Shown piece after piece: positions 1 to 11,543 of a stretch of 64,000 nt of DNA (the first letter of the stretch is position 1; each line of letters opens with the position of its first letter). Under the pieces are notes generated by a model that was not told the origin of the DNA, did not search any database, and saw only the letters and a program-made list of their open reading frames with translations. The position numbers and the translations under genes are program-made. The DNA lies in contig CAWCKY010000001.1 of assembly GCA_963796275.1 (NCBI GenBank), positions 544,001-608,000 of the forward strand, in the 5' to 3' direction. Source of the DNA: an uncultured Acidobacteriota bacterium. GTDB taxonomy: Bacteria > Acidobacteriota > Blastocatellia > RBC074.

Positions 1-551
1 ATGACCGACACGCACACGCCAACGACTATCATAACGGATGAGGGGATCTTCATTTTCAGGAATATCTGGTTAAACGACGCGCGCAGCCGGCAGTCAAGGG
101 CATCCGCTTCGAGCATATCGAAACTGCGCGACCGGCTCCGGGCGTCGCCGAAGCCATTCTGCAAGCTGCGGCGGTAGTTATCTGTCCCAGCAACCCTCTC
201 ATCAGCATCGGTCCGATTCTGGCTGTTCCCGGAATTCTCGACGCGCTAAAAAATACCAAAGCCCTTCGATTGGCGATAAGCCCGGTCGTCGGAGGTGCAT
301 CGCTCAAAGGCCCCACTGATCGGATGTTAATCGATCTGGGGATGGAAGTGTCAGCGAAACAAGTGGCCAAACTTTACGCTGAATTCCTCGATATATTCAT
401 CATCGACCGGCGCGATGAGGATGTGAAAGCCGAAATCGAGCGGATGGGTGTTAAAGTAGTAGTCACCGATACCGTGATGGCCGATGCCGACAAAAAGCTG
501 GCGTTGGCTAGGGACGTTATGACTGCTATCGACAGATGCGCTACATACTGA
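1..551 (+). CDS. cofD: 2-phospho-L-lactate transferase CofD (F420 biosynthesis), 5'-partial, apparent 1-bp frameshift at ~42-45
   Basis: Frame 1 gives MTDTHTPTTIITDEG. Frame 3 continues DLHFQEYLVKRR...VICPSNPLISIGPILAVPG...ISPVVGGASLKGPTDRML (CofD HFQEY, PSNP-SIGPIL and KGP motifs). The stop overlaps cofC. Confidence 0.9.
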
Positions 552-1204
552 TACCTGTCAAAGACCTTTCTTGCGCCAAGCAGAGGCTCTCAGCGCTGCT
601 GACACAAGAGGAGCGGACGCGGCTCGCGTGGGCGATGCTCGAAACCACTTGCGCGGAGGTCGCATGTGTGCGTAACGTTGATCGCCTCGCGATAGTGACC
701 CTCTATCCTCCGGCCATATCTCTCGCCGATAAGTATGGAATGGAGGTGATCCTCGAGGAGAGGCAGACCTCTGAAAGCGCATCGGTCGATTTCGGCTCTT
801 CTGAGTTGAAAAAACGAGGCGCGCATGCCGTCCTGCGACTGCCGATAGATCTGCCATTGATCAAAACGGAAGACATCGAATTGATCCTCGAATATGGAGA
901 GTCACGCCACCAGGTAGCGATAGTCCCGTCTCGTGACGGCACCGGCACAAATGCGATCTTGCGCAACCCCCCAGATCTTTTCCCGTCTCATTTTGGGCCT
1001 GGTAGTTTTTTGAAACATCTACAGGAAGTTGAAAAAGCGAAGGCGAAATGTGAAATCATACACTTGCCCCGCATCGCTCTCGATATAGATGATCCGGGGG
1101 ATTTGAAAGCCATGATGGAACAGGGAAGCGGGAATACGCTGGTGTGGGACGTAATGAGGGAACTGAGAATTACCCAACGGCTGGAAAATGCGAAAAAGGA
1201 GTGA
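536..1204 (+). CDS. cofC: 2-phospho-L-lactate/PEP guanylyltransferase CofC
   Basis: ILIPVKDLSCAKQRLS, DLPL, DGTGTNA, FGPGSFLKH and LDIDDPGDL motifs; adjacent to cofD. Confidence 0.92.
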   Translation: MRYILIPVKDLSCAKQRLSALLTQEERTRLAWAMLETTCAEVACVRNVDRLAIVTLYPPAISLADKYGMEVILEERQTSESASVDFGSSELKKRGAHAVLRLPIDLPLIKTEDIELILEYGESRHQVAIVPSRDGTGTNAILRNPPDLFPSHFGPGSFLKHLQEVEKAKAKCEIIHLPRIALDIDDPGDLKAMMEQGSGNTLVWDVMRELRITQRLENAKKE

Positions 1205-1213
1205 TCTGAAAAG

Positions 1214-1254
1214 TGAAAAAGATGCAAAGGAATCAAATCTTTGCATCTTTTTCA
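1214..1254. terminator. Perfect 16-bp inverted repeat between convergent cofC and lolA, probable bidirectional terminator
   Basis: TGAAAAAGATGCAAAG (1214-1229) / CTTTGCATCTTTTTCA (1239-1254). Confidence 0.6.
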
Positions 1255-1277
1255 TATTCGCGTCTCTGAATTGCGGA

Positions 1278-1982
1278 CTAGATTTTGTCGACTATTTTTG
1301 TTCCGTTGGGGATATTCACATTGAACGCGCTGTCCGGGATGTTCGAGTTCAGCTCCAATTTCTTGAGCGTGATTATGGTATGGTCCCCGTTTCGTTCTAC
1401 CAATTTCCATTGGGAAGGCAGCCCGTTCTGTAAAACCCAAATATCGATGCTGGCATATTGCTGGCCATTCGATTTCGGAATCAACCTCAAAACAGTCGTC
1501 GATTGCCCGTTGATCTCCTCATCCCTCAGGATGTCTATGTTATAACTATTCACCAAAGACTTGAGAGAGCCGTCGAGACCGTAAAGAGGGTACCCGTTCG
1601 ACCTGCCTTTCGAAGCTTTGGCAATTGTAGATTTGAACGCTTGATTGATACGCGGTTGATAGAAGGTGACGTTTTCACCAACCAGCGCAAATATCTCCAT
1701 GCTGGGTTTGTTGTAATCGATGCGGAGCCTACCCTTGGTCTTTCCTTCTGCTGGCTTATAGAGGATTGCGCCGAATAATTTGTCGGTGATTCCGATCTGG
1801 GAGTTGGTCTTTTCCTGAACCATTTCAGCCTTTAGGCTCTTCATATCTTGATGGGCTTTCTCCATCTTGTTAAGAATTCCCGTTAAAAGTTGGGGCTTTG
1901 TGTTGGCATCCGCTGGACGATCTGCTCCCAGGAGCATCATCAACATTCCAGCGATCGTCACAATCGTTAAAGCTTTTTTCAT
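1278..1982 (-). CDS. lolA: LolA-family outer-membrane lipoprotein carrier protein
   Basis: Signal peptide [12 protein letters not shown]..., [28 protein letters not shown]-terminal [21 protein letters not shown] typical of LolA. Start 1982 (SD GAAGG) or 1997. Confidence 0.8.
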   Translation of the reverse strand: MKKALTIVTIAGMLMMLLGADRPADANTKPQLLTGILNKMEKAHQDMKSLKAEMVQEKTNSQIGITDKLFGAILYKPAEGKTKGRLRIDYNKPSMEIFALVGENVTFYQPRINQAFKSTIAKASKGRSNGYPLYGLDGSLKSLVNSYNIDILRDEEINGQSTTVLRLIPKSNGQQYASIDIWVLQNGLPSQWKLVERNGDHTIITLKKLELNSNIPDSAFNVNIPNGTKIVDKI

Positions 1983-2016
1983 TATTACCTTCTCCATATC
2001 TGTATGGCCTGACTAC

Positions 2017-2406
2017 CTACTTGAATGTTACGTTATAAACAAGCTGCCCCTCTGAGTCGATGAATGTTTCGTGATTCACTTCGGTGATATCTCGCTGAAA
2101 CTGATCTCGCAAATATAGGCGCAACGCAATCTTCGGCGAGTCCATTAACGTAATCTTGTTTTCCTTTTCCAAATAATCGCGCAACACACTTCTTTTAATC
2201 TCAAGTGTACTCCAGACAGCTTGAGATGCAATCTGCTTGCCACCATTTGCCTGCGACGCAGGAACCCGGTCACGATCTCCAAAATAGCTGCTCGGCACCA
2301 CGAAGATCGTTGCCACGATCAAAAGACACAAAATGTCGTATTGCCACGAGCCGCGCTCGTGCGACCAGAGAAGGACATTTTTAACGGCATTTAAAAATGG
2401 CTTCAT
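2017..2406 (-). CDS. Conserved hypothetical single-pass membrane protein (WxxERGSWQYD motif)
   Basis: WSHERGSWQYDILCLLIVATIFVVP N-terminal motif plus TM helix; inside the Lol-like operon. Confidence 0.7.
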   Translation of the reverse strand: MKPFLNAVKNVLLWSHERGSWQYDILCLLIVATIFVVPSSYFGDRDRVPASQANGGKQIASQAVWSTLEIKRSVLRDYLEKENKITLMDSPKIALRLYLRDQFQRDITEVNHETFIDSEGQLVYNVTFK

Positions 2407-2476
2407 AAATACTGCCTTCTCTTGATACAAGCATTTTCCACTTTAATCTTGTACGTTGCGAGCGGCCCCGATGGTT

Positions 2477-3160
2477 TCAATGATCTTTAATGATCATCCC
2501 ATCACGCATCTCAATCATTCGTGATGCGACAGTTGCGGCATCAGGATTGTGAGTGATCATGACAATAGTCTGTTTCAACTCCCGATTGAGTTGCTGCAAC
2601 ATGTTGAGGACGATCTTTGAATTCTCGGAATCGAGATTGCCCGTAGGCTCATCGGCTAGGATTATCGCGGGGCGATTGATGATGGCGCGTGCAATTGCGA
2701 CTCTCTGTTGTTCCCCTCCGGATAATTCCAGAGGTTTATGACTCATTTTATTTTCTAGCCGCAATAATTTCAAGATCTCATGTCGTGTTTTGCTATCAAG
2801 TGTCGTCTTGCCATTGCCGTGAATCTGTTCGGCGAGGCGAAGATTACCTTCGGCCGTCAGCGTCGGGAAGAGATTGAAGCGCTGAAAAACAAAGCCGATT
2901 TTTCGGCGTCGCAAATCGGTACGTGCGGCGTCGGTCATTGAACTCAAGTCTTCTCCATCGACCATCACTCGACCGGAGGTCGGCTGCAGCAGCCCGCCGA
3001 GAATGTGCAGTAAGGTAGATTTACCGCAGCCCGATTGTCCCATTATTGAAATGAACTCGCCGGTAGGGACAGATAGATCGACGCCGCGCAGCGCATGTAC
3101 ATCTACCTTGCCGACATGGTAGGTCATTGACAGTTTTTCAGTTTGTAGTATTGCGTTCAT
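2477..3160 (-). CDS. ABC transporter ATP-binding protein (LolD/MacB type)
   Basis: Walker [44 protein letters not shown]. Confidence 0.93.
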   Translation of the reverse strand: MNAILQTEKLSMTYHVGKVDVHALRGVDLSVPTGEFISIMGQSGCGKSTLLHILGGLLQPTSGRVMVDGEDLSSMTDAARTDLRRRKIGFVFQRFNLFPTLTAEGNLRLAEQIHGNGKTTLDSKTRHEILKLLRLENKMSHKPLELSGGEQQRVAIARAIINRPAIILADEPTGNLDSENSKIVLNMLQQLNRELKQTIVMITHNPDAATVASRMIEMRDGMIIKDH

Positions 3161-3186
3161 TTATAAGGCTATAAGGATTTTTCATA

Positions 3187-4284
3187 TTATTCATAAGCCA
3201 GCGTTTTAACTGGGTCCTGATTGGCAGCACGGATTGCTGGATAGAGCGCGCCCAAGACGCCTGCTCCGAGACCGATCAAACCGGCGATCAAAATCCAGGA
3301 CCAGTGAAACTCGATCAGCAGGGTCGTGTTACTTTCGATCGCCCAGGCGGCGACGAAAGCGGTGATCAACCCGACGAAAACACCGATCAGGCTTATCGTG
3401 ATCGCCTCTTTTTCGATCACACCTATGATGTAAGTTTTCGAGGCGCCGAGCGATTTCAGTATCCCGATCTCGCGCGTCCGTTCGGTTATCGTCGTATACA
3501 TCGCCAGGAGGATGACCAGCGTACTGACGATAATCGAGAGCGTCAGCACTGCCCTCTGGAAACCCTTTATCCCTGGGATACTTTTGGTCAACCCTACCTG
3601 AAGCTCTCGGCGCAGTAGCACGACGTTTCCTGGCAGTTCCGCGATAATGCGTTGTTGCACTTCTTCCTGCCTGCTCGGGTCTTTTACCTTGACCATGATC
3701 GAACCGCATTTGTTCGGCGCGTTGAGGTAATTTTGCAGCGCTTCCAATGAAATTTTGGCACGAGCGCCGACTTCTGGGGAGTAGATTCCTGAAACTTTCA
3801 ATTGCTGACCGAAAATTGGAATCGTGCTGCCCACGGTCAGCTTGCTGCGCTCGGCCTTGAACCGGTCGATGATTACCTCATCTTCGGCCTGGAAGATGCG
3901 CCCTTCGGTTATCCGAATACCGCTGATCGGCGCATATGAAGCGAAATCGATTCCTTCAACAAGTTCGAAACCGAGGCCGCTATTGCCACTCTGAACGTAT
4001 CTTCCCAGGGGGCTGACGCTCTCCACCCCCTCGATATTTTTCAACCGGTCCAGATAGCGCATATCTACCGACATTATCGACTGGGGCGAGAGGATGCCGC
4101 CGGAACTACGGTGGAATTCGATCTCGGCCCCTATGCCCTGCTCGCGGCGCAGACGATCATTGAGAACCCCTTCAATGAGTCCGGTATTGAGCGCAATAAG
4201 TATGACGCCCAGCGCTACACCGATCACGCTGATCAATGTCCGAACCGGGCGTTGGCGAATATTCGAGATGACGAGGTTATCCAT
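3187..4284 (-). CDS. ABC transporter permease (FtsX/MacB/LolCE family)
   Basis: RPVRTLIS + TM1, periplasmic domain, [15 protein letters not shown], three C-terminal TMs, [18 protein letters not shown]. Confidence 0.9.
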   Translation of the reverse strand: MDNLVISNIRQRPVRTLISVIGVALGVILIALNTGLIEGVLNDRLRREQGIGAEIEFHRSSGGILSPQSIMSVDMRYLDRLKNIEGVESVSPLGRYVQSGNSGLGFELVEGIDFASYAPISGIRITEGRIFQAEDEVIIDRFKAERSKLTVGSTIPIFGQQLKVSGIYSPEVGARAKISLEALQNYLNAPNKCGSIMVKVKDPSRQEEVQQRIIAELPGNVVLLRRELQVGLTKSIPGIKGFQRAVLTLSIIVSTLVILLAMYTTITERTREIGILKSLGASKTYIIGVIEKEAITISLIGVFVGLITAFVAAWAIESNTTLLIEFHWSWILIAGLIGLGAGVLGALYPAIRAANQDPVKTLAYE

Positions 4285-4293
4285 TGCAGAGAA

Positions 4294-4371
4294 TTGGGTA
4301 TGTCAGGTTGAGATCTGAGGCTTGAGTTCAGCGAATCGAACATCTCAATACCCAGAACTCAAAATAACTCA
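4294..4371. repeat. Degenerate heptamer inverted-repeat element
   Basis: TTGGGTA/TTGAGAT/CTGAGGC/TTGAGTT units followed by complementary ATCTCAA/TACCCAG/AACTCAA units. Confidence 0.55.
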
Positions 4372-5334
4372 TGGCGTTATCGGCTTGTCCAGATCCGTCT
4401 CGGGCAGACCTTCGGTGTTTTCCAGCGTGAAAGCATTGGCGGACAATTGCGGATTGATTTCGAAACGGTCCTCGCTGAATGTCAGGCGCGCAGAGTAACC
4501 GTCGTGCGGGCGGCTGACCAGAATCACGCCCGGCCATATACCCGCGTTTTCGCTGTTCAATTTCTTGTAATCCGAATATGAGACCTCGGTTGTCAGTTCT
4601 CCCTGGTTGTCAAAAATCTGTTGCCGGGCAAATCGCGCTCCCATCGTGCGGTCGAACCAGAAGCGGCGACGCACGCGCGCGGGACCGTTCTCCTGAGACG
4701 GCTTCTCCAGTTCTGAAATTACATAAAAGCTTCTGAGGGCGCGCGCGCCTTTTTTGGCGCCCTTCTGCGGATCGGGTTCTTCCACGATCGTTTCCTCGAT
4801 TCCGCAAACAATACGCGAACCGCCACAATCCAGCGGGCGCATCATGAGGGCTTCCGTAAAATGAAATGGGCGCGCGGAGATCAGAGCGCTCCTTCCTTTC
4901 TTTCCCAATGTCGCACGCCAATTGCTGTAATCGGCATCGTTGGTCCCCACCAGGAAGCGTTTGTAGTCCGAAGGGTAGACCGCGACTTTGAACCGGTTCG
5001 ACTCGGATACCATCTCGGCAACCTTCGTTTTGACGACTGGTGCCTGGACGATCATACGGATCTTGTCAGGTCTCATCAGAACGAGGATCGCCTCCGCCTC
5101 GCGATATCGTTCGGCCGCCTCCGCGTCATTGAATCGGATATAGACGCTCCAGGATTTGAGCGACTGCAGATCGGTGTATGGTTGCAATTGCTTGGTCAGG
5201 TCTTCGAATTTCGCTTCAGCCAGGGGTGTCAGCAGTCGAGGAATTGAGCTATCACTCGTTTTCACCAAACTGGAGCAAGCACAACTCAGAATTACGAGCG
5301 CCAGGATAAAGATTGCTTGTTTGGTCCGTATCAT
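4369..5334 (-). CDS. Hypothetical lipoprotein, possibly LolA/LolB-like beta fold (DUF4292-like)
   Basis: Lipobox-like LVILSCAC; beta-rich segments [39 protein letters not shown]; C-terminal [12 protein letters not shown] resembles LolA-fold proteins. Confidence 0.6.
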   Translation of the reverse strand: MIRTKQAIFILALVILSCACSSLVKTSDSSIPRLLTPLAEAKFEDLTKQLQPYTDLQSLKSWSVYIRFNDAEAAERYREAEAILVLMRPDKIRMIVQAPVVKTKVAEMVSESNRFKVAVYPSDYKRFLVGTNDADYSNWRATLGKKGRSALISARPFHFTEALMMRPLDCGGSRIVCGIEETIVEEPDPQKGAKKGARALRSFYVISELEKPSQENGPARVRRRFWFDRTMGARFARQQIFDNQGELTTEVSYSDYKKLNSENAGIWPGVILVSRPHDGYSARLTFSEDRFEINPQLSANAFTLENTEGLPETDLDKPITP

Positions 5335-5669
5335 CAGGATTCCAACGCTTCCAATTCTCCCGCTTCCAATTTTTCATTTCACCGAGGGAAACGGGTTATC
5401 AGGGTGCGGGACATCACCGGTAATAGTACCTTAAACAAAGTGGTGACGCTAACAGATGCATTTTTTCTTGTCAAACAAATTGTCAACTTGACGCCATTTG
5501 TGTGACTCGCGTACACTTTCGTCTACGCGAAACCTTCCAACTCGGTTTTGATGGAGTGTCTCGAGAAATAGACGGAAAAATGCGGCAACAATTTGCATCG
5601 CAACCGTTCTTATAATGCCTGTTTGCCAATAGGGGTGATCTGATTATTAGTGAAGGGAGTTGATTCATA

Positions 5670-7340
<1,671 letters not shown>

Positions 7341-7374
7341 AACCGCTGGTTGCGGATTGAAAGCTGATAGTTAT

Positions 7375-7419
7375 AGGGTCAAAGTTGGTAACAGAAGCCA
7401 GCTTTGACCCTTTGTTTTT
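7375..7419 (+). terminator. Rho-independent terminator of the GWxTD gene
   Basis: AGGGTCAAAGTTGG (7375-7388) / CCAGCTTTGACCCT (7398-7411) stem followed by TTGTTTTT. Confidence 0.8.
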
Positions 7420-7475
7420 GGGGTTAGGCGGAGCGGCGGCGGAAACTTTTCGGGCACCTCATTCAATACACCCTG

Positions 7476-7914
7476 CCAGTAACCCTCAAGTTGTACATCC
7501 AAGTTCAAGCGGAGCCTTTGGTGTCCGTAATACTTGTAATCGCTTTGGCGGTCATTTCCTTAATTCGCAGTTTCCAGGGTCGGGAAGGTTCGTGGTCTGT
7601 CCATCTCCATCTTTCAGGCGCGTCAGCCATATCACAATATCCCATCGTCTTTGCGGATGACTGACTGCCAGGTACTGATAATCAAGGTATCAGTGAAGTA
7701 GAACGAAGTGCCAAAGCGGTCCCTGGAGATACTCTGCTGGCGAACTCGAGTATTGCTTACCTGAGTATTGCAATCCCCCTAACGGCATGCCGTTGGGGGA
7801 ATTCGAACTTAATTTTTTATGCGCCCTAAACCTTTTAAAGGGGAGTTTGCCAGCCGGAATCCCGGGAAGGCCACTCCATAGGCTCCGCTTGAATTTTGGG
7901 TATATTGAGACTGG
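7476..7914 (+). ncRNA. Candidate ~440-nt structured non-coding RNA (or structured MITE-like element), family unrecognised
   Basis: Ends pair through a perfect 14-bp helix (7504-7517/7880-7893) extended to 7476/7914. At least seven internal helices, one apparently crossing. Most non-canonical pairs are G-U on the + strand. No credible ORF. Confidence 0.5.
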
Positions 7915-7916
7915 AT

Positions 7917-7958
7917 AAAAAAAAAGAACCACGCGAATGTTCGGCTTTCGCGTGGTTC
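7917..7958 (-). terminator. Rho-independent terminator of ftsH
   Basis: GAACCACGCGAA (7926-7937) / TTCGCGTGGTTC (7947-7958); A9 tract at 7917-7925 is a U-tract on the - strand. Confidence 0.85.
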
Positions 7959-7982
7959 GATTTTTACTTTCTGTTTTTCAGA

Positions 7983-9893
7983 TCAGGCGGGTGCCGGATT
8001 GCTTCCGGTAATCGGCGGCAGGATCGGTTTCAGTACCGGCTCCTTGTCCGCTGGCTTACCCGGGTGCGTCTTCGGCGCCGGGCTGTCGTCATCCAACGGC
8101 AATCCCGCTACCACACGGCGGATCTGAACCGAATCGAGCGTCTCGTTAGCCAATAAAGCTTGGGCCAACCGGTCGAGCGCATCCTTGTGGTCCAGGATGA
8201 TCTGGCGCGCTCGCTCATATTGCTCCATGACGATTCGCTTGACCTCTTGATCTATCTTGATCGCCGTGTCTTCGCTGTAATCCTGATGCTGAGCGATCTC
8301 GCGCCCGAGGAATATTTGTTCTTCCTTCTTGCCGAAGGTCAGCGGTCCAAGATTTGACATTCCGAACTCACATACCATACGGCGCGAAAGTTCGGTCGCG
8401 CGTTCGATGTCGTTCGAAGCGCCCGTCGTAATCTTGCCGAGGAAAATCTCTTCGGCTAAACGACCTCCCATAAGGATCGCGATCGAACCTTCTATGTATT
8501 CGCGCGTATGTGTGTAGCGATCGCCTTCCGGCAATTGCTGAGTAAGGCCGAGCGCCATACCGCGCGGGATGATCGTCACTTTGTGAACCGGGTCGGCGTT
8601 CGGAACTTTGAGGCCGACAATCGTGTGCCCAGCTTCGTGATATGCCGTAGTTTGCTTTTCTTCGTTGGACATGACGGCGGATTTGCGCTCCGATCCCATC
8701 AGTACTTTGTCTTTGGCCCATTCAAAGTCGTGCATAGCCACGACCTTCTTGTTATAGCGGGCGGCGTTGAGCGCAGCTTCATTGACGAGATTCGCCAGAT
8801 CGGCGCCTGTGAAACCGGGCGTACCACGTGCAATGACCGAGATGTCGACGTCTTCGCCGAGCGGTATCTTGCGCGTGTGAACGGCCAGAATCCCTTCCCG
8901 ACCCTTGACATCTGGGCGATTGACGATGACGCGACGGTCGAAACGTCCCGGACGCAGAAGCGCCGGATCGAGCACATCGGGACGATTGGTCGAGGCGATG
9001 AGGATGACGCCATCGTTCGATTCAAATCCGTCCATCTCAACCAGCAACTGGTTGAGCGTCTGTTCACGCTCGTCGTGGCCGCCGCCGAGCCCGGCGCCGC
9101 GATGGCGTCCTACCGCATCAATTTCGTCGATGAAGATGATGCAGGGAGCGTTTTTCTTGCCTTGTTCGAAAAGATCGCGGACGCGGCTTGCGCCTACTCC
9201 AACAAACATCTCGACGAAATCCGAACCGGATATCGAGAAGAATGGAACGTTCGCTTCACCTGCGATCGCTCGCGCGAGCAGTGTTTTTCCGGTGCCCGGC
9301 GGGCCCATCATAAGCACGCCTTTGGGAATGCGGCCGCCGAGTTTCTGAAATTTCTGAGGCTCCTTGAGGAATTCGATGATCTCCTGTAGCTCCTCTTTCG
9401 CTTCTTCAACCCCGGCGACATCTTTGAACGTCACCCGCTTCTGCTGATTGGTGAGGAGTTTTGCGCGGCTCTTCCCGAATGAGAGCGCTTTGTTGCCGCC
9501 CGATTGCATCTGGCGCATCATGAATATCCAGAATGCAATGATCAGGATAAACGGCGCGTACATCACGAGCATATTTGCCCACAAACCGCTGCTCGATGAA
9601 GGATCGAATTTGACATCGATCTTATTCTGTTTCATCAAACTCGCGAGATCGCGGGCGACATATTCATTTCCGAGCTTGCTCGTGTATGTTCCCTGACTGG
9701 TTAATTTTCCGTGGATTTTTTCACGTTCGATAATAGCGGTGGCTATCTGACCACTCTCGATCTTCTCAACCAGATTAGAATAGGAAAGCTCCGTTGGTTG
9801 AGTGGCACTTGGATTGTGGAAATATCGATACAGCAGGATCGCTCCACCGATAATCACTACCCAGAATATCACTTGTCTGATTGTCGAGTTCAA
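7983..9893 (-). CDS. ftsH: ATP-dependent zinc metalloprotease FtsH
   Basis: Two N-terminal TMs, [16 protein letters not shown], second region of homology [24 protein letters not shown] zinc motif. Confidence 0.98.
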   Translation of the reverse strand: MNSTIRQVIFWVVIIGGAILLYRYFHNPSATQPTELSYSNLVEKIESGQIATAIIEREKIHGKLTSQGTYTSKLGNEYVARDLASLMKQNKIDVKFDPSSSSGLWANMLVMYAPFILIIAFWIFMMRQMQSGGNKALSFGKSRAKLLTNQQKRVTFKDVAGVEEAKEELQEIIEFLKEPQKFQKLGGRIPKGVLMMGPPGTGKTLLARAIAGEANVPFFSISGSDFVEMFVGVGASRVRDLFEQGKKNAPCIIFIDEIDAVGRHRGAGLGGGHDEREQTLNQLLVEMDGFESNDGVILIASTNRPDVLDPALLRPGRFDRRVIVNRPDVKGREGILAVHTRKIPLGEDVDISVIARGTPGFTGADLANLVNEAALNAARYNKKVVAMHDFEWAKDKVLMGSERKSAVMSNEEKQTTAYHEAGHTIVGLKVPNADPVHKVTIIPRGMALGLTQQLPEGDRYTHTREYIEGSIAILMGGRLAEEIFLGKITTGASNDIERATELSRRMVCEFGMSNLGPLTFGKKEEQIFLGREIAQHQDYSEDTAIKIDQEVKRIVMEQYERARQIILDHKDALDRLAQALLANETLDSVQIRRVVAGLPLDDDSPAPKTHPGKPADKEPVLKPILPPITGSNPAPA

Positions 9894-10134
9894 AACAATT
9901 TACCTCCGTTGAAAACTGTTTCCCATTCTAGCCTATTTCATCGAAATTCGCTTGCCATTTTCGCCCGGTAAAAATGATGACGGCGTGCATTTGTCAGAGG
10001 TTTCAACATTGTCTGAAATTCATTCTTTGTGGAACTGAATAGCGTGAGCGCGAAGAAGCCAAACTGACAAGGGGCAATAGCCATTGAAAAATACTCTTCT
10101 TATCACGACACGGCTGATCAGGAGTTTTACAATT

Positions 10135-11532
10135 CTACAGTTTCTCAGCGGTAACCAGGGCACACAAAGATGTACGTACATCATTCACGTCAACGGCAAA
10201 TTCCTTGGCAACCGGCAACCCCGGCGACCAGACGATTTGCCCCTCATCGGTTACGAGCACCGGATAATTTTCACGCTCCGAAATAGGGATTTTCCGTTTG
10301 ATCATCAATGTTTTAAGCTTTGTTTTACGGCTCCTCCCTTCAGGCAAGTATTCATCGCCGGGCGTTCTGACCCTTAAAATTAAGCTATCCAACTCCGCAC
10401 ATTCTCGAATAAGCGCTTGAAAATGCTCGCTTTTTCCTTCCATCCGGGAATTACGACATGGAAGCTGTCGCTGGATTGAAAATTTGAATCTCCCGAAAAT
10501 AACGGCATTCTCTTGACCTAAGCTGAGAGGGTTCAGGGGGCCTGACGGTGTCACCTTCAGGCGGGCAAGAGTGATGTGATTAAATTCTCGCCGGGCGATC
10601 CAGCCCGATGGCAGATGGGCGCTCTGGCCGCTTTGATTTCGTGTGATCAGGTCTTCCAGCGCTTTGAGATGCGAGAACTCGATACGTTGTAAACCTCCCC
10701 GCACCTCACGAAGCCACATGCGTAAAATTGATCGTCGAATCGCGGGATGGGCATCGCGCAGAGGTCCGAGCTCGAGTTCCGGACCGTTATGAACAACAGC
10801 GTAGATTTGTGAAGAAAGCTGCTTTAGATAGTCTTGATCGTCTGTTACCAGCTCGGCGGTGCGAGCGAGCGTTTCATTGAACCGGTTATTGAAGCTCCGC
10901 AGCAGCGGCAACAATTCGTGGCGAACACGGTTGCGTGTCAAGCTGGCGAGCATGTTCGAGCTATCGTTCCGAAAGGCGATGTCGTAATGCTTGCAATGTT
11001 CGATGACTTCCGCCCGCGTGATGTCGAGCATGGGCCGGATCAATTTCACTGTCTCACTGATCTGTCTAACTTGATGTATGCCGCGCAGACCGTCTGTGCC
11101 GGCGCCTCTGAGCAGACGCATAACGATCGTTTCAACCTGATCGTCCTGTGTGTGCGCGGTCAATACCATTTCGCTATTCCGGTTCTGGGCGATCCGCCGC
11201 AAAAAATCGTAACGCAATCGTCTGGCTGCTGCTTCGAGGTTTTCTTTTCCCGCGCGCGCATTTCCTGCGACATCGATCCGCTCAACAACGCAATACAATT
11301 TCGCCCGGGCAGCAAGTTCGATCACGAATTTCTCATCCGCATCCGATTCTTTGCCGCGCAAACTGTGATTGAGATGGGCCACGAGCAGGGCCTCCCGATT
11401 GTGAAATCGGACCAATGCATCGAGCAGCGCGGTCGAGTCTGCGCCACCGGAGACGGCAACCACCAACTTCGCCTCCTCTCCGATTTCCAATCGTCGCAGT
11501 TCAGCCCTCAATTTTTTCTCGAGTGTTGTCAT
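10135..11532 (-). CDS. tilS: tRNA(Ile)-lysidine synthetase
   Basis: PP-loop VAVSGGADS, HLNHSLR, EAAARRLRY, AHTQDDQVET, RPML, DSSN, RNRVRH; upstream of ftsH. Confidence 0.95.
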   Translation of the reverse strand: MTTLEKKLRAELRRLEIGEEAKLVVAVSGGADSTALLDALVRFHNREALLVAHLNHSLRGKESDADEKFVIELAARAKLYCVVERIDVAGNARAGKENLEAAARRLRYDFLRRIAQNRNSEMVLTAHTQDDQVETIVMRLLRGAGTDGLRGIHQVRQISETVKLIRPMLDITRAEVIEHCKHYDIAFRNDSSNMLASLTRNRVRHELLPLLRSFNNRFNETLARTAELVTDDQDYLKQLSSQIYAVVHNGPELELGPLRDAHPAIRRSILRMWLREVRGGLQRIEFSHLKALEDLITRNQSGQSAHLPSGWIARREFNHITLARLKVTPSGPLNPLSLGQENAVIFGRFKFSIQRQLPCRNSRMEGKSEHFQALIRECAELDSLILRVRTPGDEYLPEGRSRKTKLKTLMIKRKIPISERENYPVLVTDEGQIVWSPGLPVAKEFAVDVNDVRTSLCALVTAEKL

Positions 11533-11543
11533 ACAATCGATAC

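Noticed and set aside
7472-7517. Minus-strand CTTGAAC...GAGGGTTAC resembles the 3' part of E. coli 6S RNA
   Set aside because: The element is more than twice 6S length and branched, and G-U pairs favour the + strand; the similarity is too short to call.
7561-7645. AATTCGCAG resembles the group I intron Q element
   Set aside because: No matching P, R or S elements or P7 G-binding site, and no interrupted host gene.
7385-7932. ORFs 7385-7660 (+), 7690-7932 (-) and a 46-codon minus-strand ORF inside the structured region
   Set aside because: No SD and no recognisable motifs; the two longer ORFs run through terminators; none looks like a hydrophobic type I toxin.
9894-10134. Possible hpt gene or CIRCE element between tilS and ftsH
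   Set aside because: Gap of only ~240 bp, with no hpt-like frame and no TTAGCACTC-N9-GAGTGCTAA.
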